NCBI GenBank assembly: GCA_964451265.1
Contig: CAYVHP010000077.1
Location: 3,237-67,236 of the forward strand
DNA length: 64,000 nucleotides
Origin: an uncultured Caulobacteraceae bacterium
GTDB taxonomy: Bacteria > Pseudomonadota > Alphaproteobacteria > Caulobacterales > Caulobacteraceae
Direction of reading: 5' to 3'
Both the position numbers and the translations under genes were made by a program. Below the pieces are notes generated by a model, which saw only the letters and a program-made list of their open reading frames with translations, was not told the origin of the DNA and searched no databases. This document shows, one piece after another, positions 30,094-38,510 of the stretch (within the stretch, counting starts at the first letter, position 1; each line of letters opens with the position of its first letter).

Positions 30094-31352
30094 TCGGGCG
30101 CCTTGGGCAGAAGCGGACGTAGGGCCGTCAGGGCCGAGGTGATGGCATGTTGGCCCGCCTCGCCATAGGCCTTGGCCCGGCGGCCCATTTGGGCGGGCAA
30201 GGCAGGTTCGGACAGCAACTCCCCGACCACGCGGGTCAGGGCGGCCTGATCGGGCGCCTGGATCGCGGCGCCGGCGGATATCAGTCCGGCGTAAGCCTCA
30301 CGGAAATTCGCCACGTCCGGGCCGGTGACAATGGGCAGACCCAGCCGCGCCGGCTCCAGCGGATTGTGTCCGCCCACTGCGCCCGTCAGGCTTCCGCCCA
30401 TGATGACCAGATCAGCCAGACGATAGATCAGACCCAGTTCGCCCAAGGTGTCGGCGAGATAGACCTGGATTTGATCGGTGATCGGTTCGCTGAGACTGCG
30501 CCTCGCGACCGTCATGCCGCGCTGGGTCAAGCCGGCCGCTACGGCCGCGCCCCGCTCGGGATGGCGCGGCGCGAGGATGAGCAGGGGTCGCGGTTCGGGC
30601 GTGGAGGCCACGACTGAGGCAATAATGTCGTCCTCTCCGGGATGGGTGCTGGCGCCCACCAGAACCCGGCGCGCGCCCACGGCGCTTTTCAGACGGGCCA
30701 GTTCCGCTTCGTCATAGTCCAGCGGCGCGCCGGCGGATTTCAGATCCAGTTCGCCCGCCACCTTGCCGCCGAGGGCTTCGATTCGGCTGCGGCTCAGCGC
30801 GTCCTGCGCGAGGATCAGGTCGAAGGCGCCCAGTAAGGCGCGCGCCGAACGGGGGGCCTTGGCCCATCCCTTGACGCTGCGCGCCGACAGCCGGGCGCCG
30901 AGCAAGGCCAGGCGGGTTCCCGCGGCCTTGGCGTTCATCAGCAGGCCCGGCCACAGTTCGCTTTCCACCAGGATCGCCAGGCTGGGCCGCCAATGGCCCA
31001 GAAAACGCCTGGCGCTCGCGGGGGTGTCGAGCGGCGCATATTGATGGAACACTCCGCTGGGCAGGCGACGGCCGAGGATGTTGGCCGAGGTGACGGTGCC
31101 GGATGTGACCAGCAAGGTCAGATCGGGCCGTTCGTCCTTCAAGGCCTGCACCAGCGGCAGCAGGGAGATGGTCTCGCCCACGCTGGCCCCATGCAGCCAG
31201 ATCAGATCGCCGGGCGGGCGGGGCAGGGAGGCGTGGCCCAGCCTTTCGGCGAAGCGTTCGGGATCTTCCTTCCCGGCCCGAGCGCGTGCGCGCAGGATCA
31301 CTGGCGCCAGGGGCTCCAACGCCCCCATGGCCAAGCGGTAGGCCCCAAGCAT
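30090..31352 (-). CDS. waaA: 3-deoxy-D-manno-octulosonic acid transferase
   Basis: ATG at 31352 (MLGAYRLAMG...). Contains WLHGASVGE and ESELWP motifs. Confidence 0.9.
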   Translation of the reverse strand: MLGAYRLAMGALEPLAPVILRARARAGKEDPERFAERLGHASLPRPPGDLIWLHGASVGETISLLPLVQALKDERPDLTLLVTSGTVTSANILGRRLPSGVFHQYAPLDTPASARRFLGHWRPSLAILVESELWPGLLMNAKAAGTRLALLGARLSARSVKGWAKAPRSARALLGAFDLILAQDALSRSRIEALGGKVAGELDLKSAGAPLDYDEAELARLKSAVGARRVLVGASTHPGEDDIIASVVASTPEPRPLLILAPRHPERGAAVAAGLTQRGMTVARRSLSEPITDQIQVYLADTLGELGLIYRLADLVIMGGSLTGAVGGHNPLEPARLGLPIVTGPDVANFREAYAGLISAGAAIQAPDQAALTRVVGELLSEPALPAQMGRRAKAYGEAGQHAITSALTALRPLLPKAPE

Positions 31353-31360
31353 CACGCCGC

Positions 31361-32047
31361 TCACCTGAGCACCGCCTCGGCTTGATCGCAGGCGGCGGAC
31401 AGGGCGCCGGCCCAGTCCAGGCAAGCCTGGGCCATGTCGTCGTCGGAGGCGTCGGCAGGTAATCTGTAGGGACCTTGCCACACGACCGCGCCGCGCCCGA
31501 ACGGACGGGGCAGGCGGGTTCTGTCCCAGCTGTTCATCACTGCCGCCGGTCGGGCGGCCAGACCGATCATATAGACCGGCGCCTGGGACAGCTTAGCCAT
31601 ACGGGCGACGCCTATGGCCATGACCTGAGCGGGGCCGCGCGGACCGTCCGGCGTCAGCAGCAGCAGGCCGCCGCCCGCAAGCCAGTCCAGGCATTCGCGA
31701 AAGGCCGCCGCCCCCCCCTTGGACTTGGCGCCGGGCTTGGCCTTGGACCCCCGGATCGCCTGTATGCCCAGGCGAGCGGCTGCACGCGTTATGAACTCAC
31801 CGTCTGCAGACAGGGAGATCAGGATCTTGGCTTCCCGCTGCCCCATCATCGGTTTGGCGGCGACGACGAGGGGAATAGTGCCGTGCCAGATGCAGCCGAT
31901 GGCCCCGCGCCCCAGCGCCAGTTCGGCCTCTGCAACGTTGCGGCCCAGATGTGTCCAGCGCACCGTCTTGAGCACGAGCCACAGATAGGCCCATGTCGCG
32001 AAGGCCAGCATGCCTTGCACGAACCTGGATCGGAGGACGGCTTTCAC
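31361..32047 (-). CDS. DUF374 lysophospholipid-acyltransferase-like protein
   Basis: The GTG at 32047 overlaps the msbA stop (GTGA). The pattern WHG...ISLSADGEFI...GIQAIRGS matches DUF374, commonly found next to waaA. Confidence 0.8.
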   Translation of the reverse strand: MKAVLRSRFVQGMLAFATWAYLWLVLKTVRWTHLGRNVAEAELALGRGAIGCIWHGTIPLVVAAKPMMGQREAKILISLSADGEFITRAAARLGIQAIRGSKAKPGAKSKGGAAAFRECLDWLAGGGLLLLTPDGPRGPAQVMAIGVARMAKLSQAPVYMIGLAARPAAVMNSWDRTRLPRPFGRGAVVWQGPYRLPADASDDDMAQACLDWAGALSAACDQAEAVLR

Positions 32048-33840
32048 GTCGCCTGATCCGGGTCCGCCACCGCCTCGTCCAACTGCTGGCTGCGCGCAAG
32101 CCGGGCGTAGAGGCCGTGGCGCGCCATGAGGCTCTCGTGATGGCCGGTCTCCACCACCCGGCCGCGATCAATGACATAGATGCGGTCGGCGCCGCGTACC
32201 GTCGATAGGCGGTGCGCGATGAGGATGGCGGTGCGGCCGGCCATCAACCGTTCAAGCGCCTCCTGCACCTTGGCTTCGCTTTCGGTGTCCAGGGCGCTGG
32301 TGGCCTCGTCCAGCAACAGCAGCGGCGCATCTTTGAGGAACGCGCGGGCGATGGCGATCCTCTGGCGTTGGCCGCCCGACAGGCGCGAGCCGAGTTCGCC
32401 CACCGGCGTGTCATAGCCCTGGGGCAGGGCCATGATGAACTCATGGGCCGCCGCAGCCTTTGCGGCCTGTTCGATCTCGCCAGGCGAGGCCTGAGGCCGG
32501 GCATAGGCGATGTTGCCGCGAATGGTGTCGTCGAACAGGAAGGGCTCTTGGGTGACCAGGGCGATCTGATTGCGCAAGGACGCCAAGGTGACGTTGCGCA
32601 CATCGTGGCCGTCGATGCTGACCGAGCCGGACTGCACATCGAAGAACCGCGGGATCAGGTTGAGGATGGTGCTCTTGCCGCCGCCGGACGGCCCGACCAA
32701 GGCGATGGTCTCGCCGCGCCGGGCCTCCAGGGTCACGCCGCTGAGGGCGGGAACATCCGGGCTATAGACGAAGGTCACATCGGTCAGGGCGATATGGCCC
32801 TCGCTGCGCGGCAAGGTTACGGCGCCGGGTGCGTCCTTGATTTCGGGCGTGGTGTCCAGGGCGGCGAACAACTGTTCGGCGGCGGCCAGGCCCTCGCCCA
32901 TCACCGTCTGCAGATTGGCCACCTGTCGCAGGGACTGGGACGCCATGCCGATGGCGGCGAGGAAGGCGGTGAGGTTGCCCACGGTGAAGGCGCCGTTTAA
33001 GGCCCGCCAGCCGGCGAAGGCGATGACCGCCGCCGTGATCAGGGTCATGACCGCTTCGGTGGCCGGGGCGGCGGTGGCGCGGGCATTGGCGCCCTTGATC
33101 AGGTGAGCTTCGCGCCGGGCCACCACTTCGGCGACCCGCTGTTCCTCATAGCCCTCGCGGTTCTCGATCTTAACGATCTTCACCCCGTCCAGGCTTTCCA
33201 TCACGGCTGTGGACAGGGCTGAGGTCTCGGTCATGGCGCCCTGGGCCGCCTTGCGCGTGCGCCGTGAATAGCGGGTCATGACGCCCGACGCGATCGGACC
33301 GCCCACCAGCACCACGAGGGTCAGGCCGACATCCTGCTGCAGCATGACCACCACGGTGGCGACGATGGTCAGGGCGTTTTGCACATAGTTGACCAGGCCG
33401 TTGGTCGCGGCTTCGCGAACCAGGCCCGCCTCATAGAGGATGCTGGAGAGGTGAGCGCCCGAATGGGCTTCGCGCAGCTGAGCCAGGTCGGCGCGGACTA
33501 GGCGAGCGAACAGCTGGACCTGGATCTGGCCGACCATTTGATTGCCGACCTTGTTGACGAGGGAAGCCTGCCCCACCTGAGCCATGCCCCGGGCCAGGGC
33601 CAGGACGCCGATCAGGGCCGGATATATCCACAAGGAGGAGATGGCTTTGTCGACAAACAGCGCCTGCACCGTCTTGCCCAGCACCTGAGCCAGACTGGCG
33701 GTCAGACCCGCGACAAAGGCGGCGCAGACCATGGAGACCGCCAGTTCCCTCCAGCGCGGCGCCAGATAGACGCGGAAGATGCGCCGGGCGGCGGCGGCCC
33801 CCGAGGCGGGCGTCTTGGCGGCGGGCGGGGCGGAACTCAT
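32044..33840 (-). CDS. msbA: ABC transporter permease/ATPase, lipid A exporter MsbA-like
   Basis: ATG at 33840. Six-TM domain plus NBD with Walker A GPSGGGKST, signature LSGGQRQR and Walker B LLLLDEATSALD. Confidence 0.85.
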   Translation of the reverse strand: MSSAPPAAKTPASGAAAARRIFRVYLAPRWRELAVSMVCAAFVAGLTASLAQVLGKTVQALFVDKAISSLWIYPALIGVLALARGMAQVGQASLVNKVGNQMVGQIQVQLFARLVRADLAQLREAHSGAHLSSILYEAGLVREAATNGLVNYVQNALTIVATVVVMLQQDVGLTLVVLVGGPIASGVMTRYSRRTRKAAQGAMTETSALSTAVMESLDGVKIVKIENREGYEEQRVAEVVARREAHLIKGANARATAAPATEAVMTLITAAVIAFAGWRALNGAFTVGNLTAFLAAIGMASQSLRQVANLQTVMGEGLAAAEQLFAALDTTPEIKDAPGAVTLPRSEGHIALTDVTFVYSPDVPALSGVTLEARRGETIALVGPSGGGKSTILNLIPRFFDVQSGSVSIDGHDVRNVTLASLRNQIALVTQEPFLFDDTIRGNIAYARPQASPGEIEQAAKAAAAHEFIMALPQGYDTPVGELGSRLSGGQRQRIAIARAFLKDAPLLLLDEATSALDTESEAKVQEALERLMAGRTAILIAHRLSTVRGADRIYVIDRGRVVETGHHESLMARHGLYARLARSQQLDEAVADPDQAT

Positions 33841-33970
33841 GCGGTTCGGTCGCTTGTTTTTCAATTCGGTGTCAAGTGCGAGCGGGCTTGGGGCCTTGGC
33901 CGCAGCGGCGTCTTCTTTTTGCCGGCGGCTCAGGGTATCAGGACCCGCTCACCTGGATGGGACTATTTTA

Positions 33971-34636
33971 TTGGCCGAGTTCGACCTTTCCACGCCCAAG
34001 GGGCGCCGTTCGACTTATCTGAACTATTTGTGGAACGACCACGCCTATCTGCGCCTGCGGTTCCGCAACGCCCACTGGGTCAGCGATGAGCTGGTGCGGA
34101 CCAACCAGCCTTGGCCGTTTCAGCTGAAGGCGTGGCGCGACGCCGGCATCAAGACCATCATCAATCTGCGCGGCGGGTTCGACGCCAGCTTCTACGCCCT
34201 GGAAAAGGACGCCTGTGCGGCGCTGGGCCTCAAGCTGGTGGATTTCACGGTGACCTCGCGCGAAGTGCCGTCGCGCGCCCAGGTCTTGGGCGCTAAGGCC
34301 CTGTTCGAGTCCATCGAATACCCGGCCCTGATGCACTGCAAGTCCGGCGCAGACCGGGCCGGGATCATGAGCGTGCTGTACGCCCACTTCCGCCTCGGCA
34401 AGCCGATCCGCGAGGCGATCGACCATCTGTCCCTGCGCTATCTGCACATGAGGGCGGGTAAGACAGGGGTGCTCGACTACACCTTTGACCGCTACCTAGC
34501 GGACGCCGAACCGCAAGGCATCAGCTTCATCGACTGGGTCAACAGCGACGCCTACGACCCCGCAAAAATGAAGGCCGACTTCCGCGCCAAGTGGTGGGGA
34601 ACCTTGCTGACGGAACAGCTGATCCGGCGGGAGTAG
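33971..34636 (+). CDS. tyrosine/dual-specificity phosphatase-like protein
   Basis: CX5R active site HCKSGADRAG. The start is uncertain. A TTG at 33971 gives a typical-length protein beginning (M)AEFDLSTPKG. The alternative ATG at 33839 would overlap the divergent msbA start. Confidence 0.7.
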   Translation: MAEFDLSTPKGRRSTYLNYLWNDHAYLRLRFRNAHWVSDELVRTNQPWPFQLKAWRDAGIKTIINLRGGFDASFYALEKDACAALGLKLVDFTVTSREVPSRAQVLGAKALFESIEYPALMHCKSGADRAGIMSVLYAHFRLGKPIREAIDHLSLRYLHMRAGKTGVLDYTFDRYLADAEPQGISFIDWVNSDAYDPAKMKADFRAKWWGTLLTEQLIRRE

Positions 34637-34827
34637 GGGCAAAATCGACGGCGGAGCCTCTTGGGCTCGCGCGAATTTATTTTGAAACTTCGCTTATTTA
34701 GGCGCGAAAGATCAGCTTCTGCTGTAGGCTGCGCGTGGCCTTTCTAACACCACGCCGGTTGCCGTCCGCCGATCGTCTCGCGCGGGCGTGGAGCTTTTTC
34801 CGGCGAATTCCAGGAGACCTTCGCCCC

Positions 34828-35094
34828 ATGGGCATGGACCACCAGTTCGGACAGCCCGGCCTGATCAATTGGCAAAACCGCAAACTGCGGCGGCCGACAG
34901 GCAAGTTCAGCCTCTGGACCACCTTCATCGTTTTGTGCGCCGTCGGCGGCCTGACGGCTCTGGGGTGCCAGATGGCGGGCTGGGTCCATTGGACGGGCCT
35001 GCTTTCGGTCCTCCCGGCGGGCCTGCTGCTGCTGGCCATCAATGCCCAACTGATCGCCGGGGTCCGCGCGGCCTTGGCCTGGCTGGCAGGCTAG
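34828..35094 (+). CDS. small membrane protein, 88 aa
   Basis: AGGAGA lies about 11 nt upstream of the ATG at 34828. Two hydrophobic helices. First of three abutting ORFs. Confidence 0.5.
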   Translation: MGMDHQFGQPGLINWQNRKLRRPTGKFSLWTTFIVLCAVGGLTALGCQMAGWVHWTGLLSVLPAGLLLLAINAQLIAGVRAALAWLAG

Positions 35095-35095
35095 G

Positions 35096-35362
35096 TTGGC
35101 CGCTCTGTTCGACGGCGCCCGAGACCAAGCCCTGCGCGGCCTGCGCGCTGTGGTGGGCCAGGCCCTGTCCTATCGTGTCCGGTATCAGGAAATTCGCCGC
35201 GAGGCCTTCGCCCTTGGCGGTCGGCACATGGGCCAGGTGCTGGTCGGCGCGCGCCTGGAATCGGAGGCGCCATCCTTGTCGTTCCGCCGTGCGGTGTTGC
35301 TGAAGGCGGTGATCCGCAGCGAGTCGGCCAAGGCGAAGGTCCCCGGCGGCGGCCGTCGATGA
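35096..35362 (+). CDS. hypothetical protein, 88 aa
   Basis: A TTG lies 1 nt after the previous stop. Hand inspection shows a strong G/C-ending codon bias. No homology recognised. Confidence 0.35.
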   Translation: MAALFDGARDQALRGLRAVVGQALSYRVRYQEIRREAFALGGRHMGQVLVGARLESEAPSLSFRRAVLLKAVIRSESAKAKVPGGGRR

Positions 35363-35586
35363 CTCTTTCACCCGCGGAGCGGCGAGCCCTGCACAATCTG
35401 GCCGCCAAACAGGCGGGCGAGGATGTGGCGTGGATCAACATCGCCGACGCCCGCGCCTTGACTGAGCTGGGCCTTGCCCGGCGCACGCGTGAGGGGTGGG
35501 AAATCACGACGGAAGGCTTGGCCGTGGTCAAGAGCACGCCCGCCCCGGACACCCCCGAAGCCAGCGTCACGCCGCTGCGGCCTTAA
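35359..35586 (+). CDS. hypothetical small protein, 75 aa
   Basis: The ATG overlaps the previous stop (ATGA). A possible winged-helix-like core (AWINIADARALTELGLARRTREGWEITTEGL). Confidence 0.5.
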   Translation: MTLSPAERRALHNLAAKQAGEDVAWINIADARALTELGLARRTREGWEITTEGLAVVKSTPAPDTPEASVTPLRP

Positions 35587-35597
35587 ACCAAATTGGA

Positions 35598-35720
35598 TTG
35601 AACAAGTTGAACCACGAAGAGCACGAAGATCACCAAGAGCTTGGTGTTCCTTCGTGTCCTTCGTGAGCTTGGTGGTTCAATAATCTTGCCCCCGGCTTGC
35701 GCCGGGAGGCGGTGATGAAC
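35598..35720. repeat. composite palindromic intergenic repeat, copy A
   Basis: Left arm TTGAACCAC-GAAGAGCAC-GAAGATCAC-CAAGAG. Right arm AGCTTGGTG-T-TCCTTCGTG-TCCTTCGTG-AGCTTGGTG-GTTCAATAAT. This is followed by CTTGCC and the small hairpin CCCGGC-TTGC-GCCGGG (35691-35706). Near-identical to copy C. Confidence 0.75.
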
Positions 35721-35727
35721 GCGCGAC

Positions 35728-35964
35728 CTAGTCCATATCCGGGTCGAGCAGCTTGTCTGCGTCGATGATGAAGTAGCGGGCGTGGGCGTTGTCGACGGTG
35801 GCCTGGGCGCGGGCTTTCCAGGCCTTGTAGGCCTCATCGTAATTGCGGAAGGCGCCGACAAATTCGACGGTGGAGGGATCGCGAAAATGCGGATGACCTT
35901 CCAGCGACTTGAGTTCCCCGCCCAGCACGATGTGCAGATGATGTTTGGCGTCTGGGTCGGTCAT
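35728..35964 (-). CDS. DUF4170 domain protein
   Basis: ATG at 35964 (MTDPDAKHHLHIVLGGELKSLEG...). Pattern recalled for DUF4170. Confidence 0.75.
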   Translation of the reverse strand: MTDPDAKHHLHIVLGGELKSLEGHPHFRDPSTVEFVGAFRNYDEAYKAWKARAQATVDNAHARYFIIDADKLLDPDMD

Positions 35965-36095
35965 GGACTGGCGGCTCCTGGAGCGACTCAAAAAGCGGGT
36001 CGCGCGGCTTTGGGGCTCGATAAAGGCGTGGTTTAGCAAAATCAATCAGCCCTGCACCGCAATCGGCCCCTTCGAGCCTTGAGTGCGCCGATTGG

Positions 36096-37427
36096 TCACC
36101 GCCCCGCTATGGCCATGTCCTCGACCAACAAGGACGGGGCATTGTTCGCGCCCCTGATTTCCAGGTCCGAACCGGCGATCACCCGCGCGTAGATGTCGAT
36201 CAGGTTGCCGGCCACCGTGATCTCATTGACCGGATAGGCGACCTGTCCGTTCTCGAACCAAAAGCCCGACACGCCGGTGGACCAGTCCCCGGTGTTGCCG
36301 TTCAGCGACGGGCCGAACATGGAGGTGACCAGCAGCCCTTGTTTGACCCCCGCCATCAGACCCGCGAGGTCCTCGCTTCCCGGCTTGACGGTGATGTTGT
36401 TCACGCCCACGCCGGGCGGACCCGCCAGGCCGCGCGAGGCGTGGCCGGTGGTTTGCAATCCCAGTTGCCGGGCCGAGGCGCTGTTGAGCAGCCAGGTTGT
36501 CAATACGCCCTTGTCGATCAGGGTGGTCGCCCTGTTAGCCACGCCCTCATCGTCAAAGGGGCTGGACCCCAGGCCGCGCACCCGGTGGGGTTCGTCGATG
36601 ATGTCTATGCCCGGCGAAAACACCGCCTCGCCCAGCTTGGTTTTCAAGAAGGAGGCGCCGCGGGCGATGGAGGGGCCTGAAATGGCGCCCAGCATCGGCG
36701 AGATCAGCGACATGGCGATGCGGTTCTCGAAGATCACCGCGGCGGTCTGGCTGTCGATCTTGCGCGCGCCCAGGCGGCCCACCGCGCGGCGGCCGGCCTC
36801 CTCGCCGATGGCTTCCGGCGCAGGCAGGTCCGATTGCCAGCGGGTGGAACGGCCGTCGCCGCCGCGTTCCATGCCGCTGTCATCCCCGGCGATGGCAGAG
36901 GCGTAGAGCGAAAAGCTCGAGGTCTTGTGCTCGCCAACAAAGCCGCCGCTGGTGACCATCAGGTAGCGTCCCGACGACCACGAGCCTGAACCGCCGTCCG
37001 AGTTGGTCACGCCAGGCACGGCGCGGGCAGCGTTCTCGGCGGTCAGGGCGCGGGCCTCGAGGTCCTCGGGCGAGGGCTCGGCGGTGTCGAACAGCTGAAG
37101 GTCAGGAAAGGGGCCCTTGGCCAGGCGGTCCTGGGGGGCCAGACCCGCGTAGGGGTCTTCGGGCGCCAGGCGGGCCATGTTGAGCACGCGCTCCACCAGT
37201 TTGGCGCGTCCGGAGGCGGAGACGTCCGAGCCCGACACGCTGGCCTGTTTTTGGCCAATGAACACCCGGATGCCGAGATCGCGCGCTTCCTCGCGCTCAA
37301 CCTCCTCCAGGTCTCCCAGTCGCACATTCACGGAGAGGGATTGACGCTCGGCCGAAACGGCCTCGGCGGCGTCGGCGCCCGCTTTCAGAGCCGCGCCGAC
37401 CAGATCATGCAACAGGTTTTTATCCAT
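36096..37427 (-). CDS. pmbA: metalloprotease PmbA (TldE)
   Basis: ATG at 37427 (MDKNLLHDLVGAALKAGADAAEA). TldD/PmbA family throughout. The upstream 125 codons of the track ORF look non-coding. Confidence 0.9.
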   Translation of the reverse strand: MDKNLLHDLVGAALKAGADAAEAVSAERQSLSVNVRLGDLEEVEREEARDLGIRVFIGQKQASVSGSDVSASGRAKLVERVLNMARLAPEDPYAGLAPQDRLAKGPFPDLQLFDTAEPSPEDLEARALTAENAARAVPGVTNSDGGSGSWSSGRYLMVTSGGFVGEHKTSSFSLYASAIAGDDSGMERGGDGRSTRWQSDLPAPEAIGEEAGRRAVGRLGARKIDSQTAAVIFENRIAMSLISPMLGAISGPSIARGASFLKTKLGEAVFSPGIDIIDEPHRVRGLGSSPFDDEGVANRATTLIDKGVLTTWLLNSASARQLGLQTTGHASRGLAGPPGVGVNNITVKPGSEDLAGLMAGVKQGLLVTSMFGPSLNGNTGDWSTGVSGFWFENGQVAYPVNEITVAGNLIDIYARVIAGSDLEIRGANNAPSLLVEDMAIAGR

Positions 37428-37568
37428 GCCGCCATATGGGGCAGGGCGGGGCCGCGCCGCAAGGGGGGAGCTGGCAGGGCAGTTCGACGGCGCAATATGT
37501 TCTCTTTGTGTTCTGGACTGACCCTGACTCGGGCGCCAAACTTGCGGCCGCACATGTGGAGCCAGAGG

Positions 37569-38510
37569 ATGACCGACGCCGCCTACGATCCGTCCGGCCA
37601 TTTCGCGACCATGGGCCCTAATTCCCTTAGAGACGATCCCCCTTGGAGCGCGCGGCCGCTGAAGGTCCCAGCATTGTGGGCGTTCGCTAAGGGAGCGCAG
37701 GGCGGCTTTCGACCCACCGGCGATCCCTTGAAGGACAGCATCACCCAGGCGCTGCGATACCATATCGGCTTGGACGACGCGCGGAGCGCCGGCGACCGTC
37801 AACGGTCTATGATGCTTAGCCTGGGGCTGGCGTCGATAGCACCGGACGGAGGCCTGCTGGCGCCGATTTCGGACGACAACGATGCGCGATCACATTTGTC
37901 CGATGGCCCGCCGCGAGGCGGCCAACTGTACAAAGTCGTTGGCTCCAAGCCGGCGAGGGATCTCCACAAATCGGGGGATGACACCGGATACTATCAGCTA
38001 GGCGAAGAATGGCTTACCGGACAAGGACCCCGCGTCCATAACTTCGGCCCCAACGATCCCGCCACTCAGATTCTCATGCAGCACAAGCATATTCAGGACG
38101 TGCGAGCGAAGATTGCGGCGTCACCGCCAAAAATTGGAAATTGGGCTCCCGACAACTATAGCCTGAGCGGCATTAAAGGCATTCCCGACTTTATCGGTGA
38201 CTACTCTGCAATTGCGGATAATGGGGCTACTGGAAACTTAGCGGCGGCTTTTTTGGGCTCATATACGCTGCGACATAGAGTTACGAATGTTAGCCCCGAC
38301 GGGGTGGCTACGGTGCAATTTCATGTTGGGAATGTCTCCGATCTACGCTCAGCGACCCACCCTCCTGTATTGGGCTATCTGCCCGGTTGGGACCAGACTG
38401 TCGGAGCAGCGATCAACGCACCATTCCAGAAGGGTCCGTTTTCGCCCACGGGGCAGAATTTCGATTGGACTGAGCAGGTCCAGTTGAACAGGACAAAGGC
38501 GTCTCATTGA
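37569..38510 (+). CDS. hypothetical protein, 313 aa, compositionally atypical
   Basis: GGAG lies 7 nt upstream of the ATG at 37569. No Cys, no signal peptide, no TM segment. Many A/T-ending and locally rare codons. No domain recognised. Confidence 0.6.
   Translation: MTDAAYDPSGHFATMGPNSLRDDPPWSARPLKVPALWAFAKGAQGGFRPTGDPLKDSITQALRYHIGLDDARSAGDRQRSMMLSLGLASIAPDGGLLAPISDDNDARSHLSDGPPRGGQLYKVVGSKPARDLHKSGDDTGYYQLGEEWLTGQGPRVHNFGPNDPATQILMQHKHIQDVRAKIAASPPKIGNWAPDNYSLSGIKGIPDFIGDYSAIADNGATGNLAAAFLGSYTLRHRVTNVSPDGVATVQFHVGNVSDLRSATHPPVLGYLPGWDQTVGAAINAPFQKGPFSPTGQNFDWTEQVQLNRTKASH

Noticed and set aside
33839-33970. ATG at 33839 as the start of the phosphatase-like gene
   Set aside because: It would overlap the divergent msbA start codon by 2 nt and leave no promoter space. 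It would also add about 44 low-complexity residues. The TTG at 33971 gives the usual family length. The start remains uncertain.
35607-35680. Reading the 9-bp-module repeats as a His/Glu-rich coding sequence or as a mini CRISPR-like array
   Set aside because: There is no start codon or SD, and the modules form a palindrome rather than repeat-spacer units. The copies lie in convergent intergenic gaps, and the modules are contiguous with no spacers.
37251-37568. N-terminal extension of track ORF 37251..38510, and the reciprocal extension of the pmbA ORF up to 37802
   Set aside because: The two extensions overlap each other on opposite strands. PmbA homology begins at MDKNLL (ATG at 37427). The plus-strand gene has a good SD only at the ATG at 37569. 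The extensions read as low-complexity sequence.
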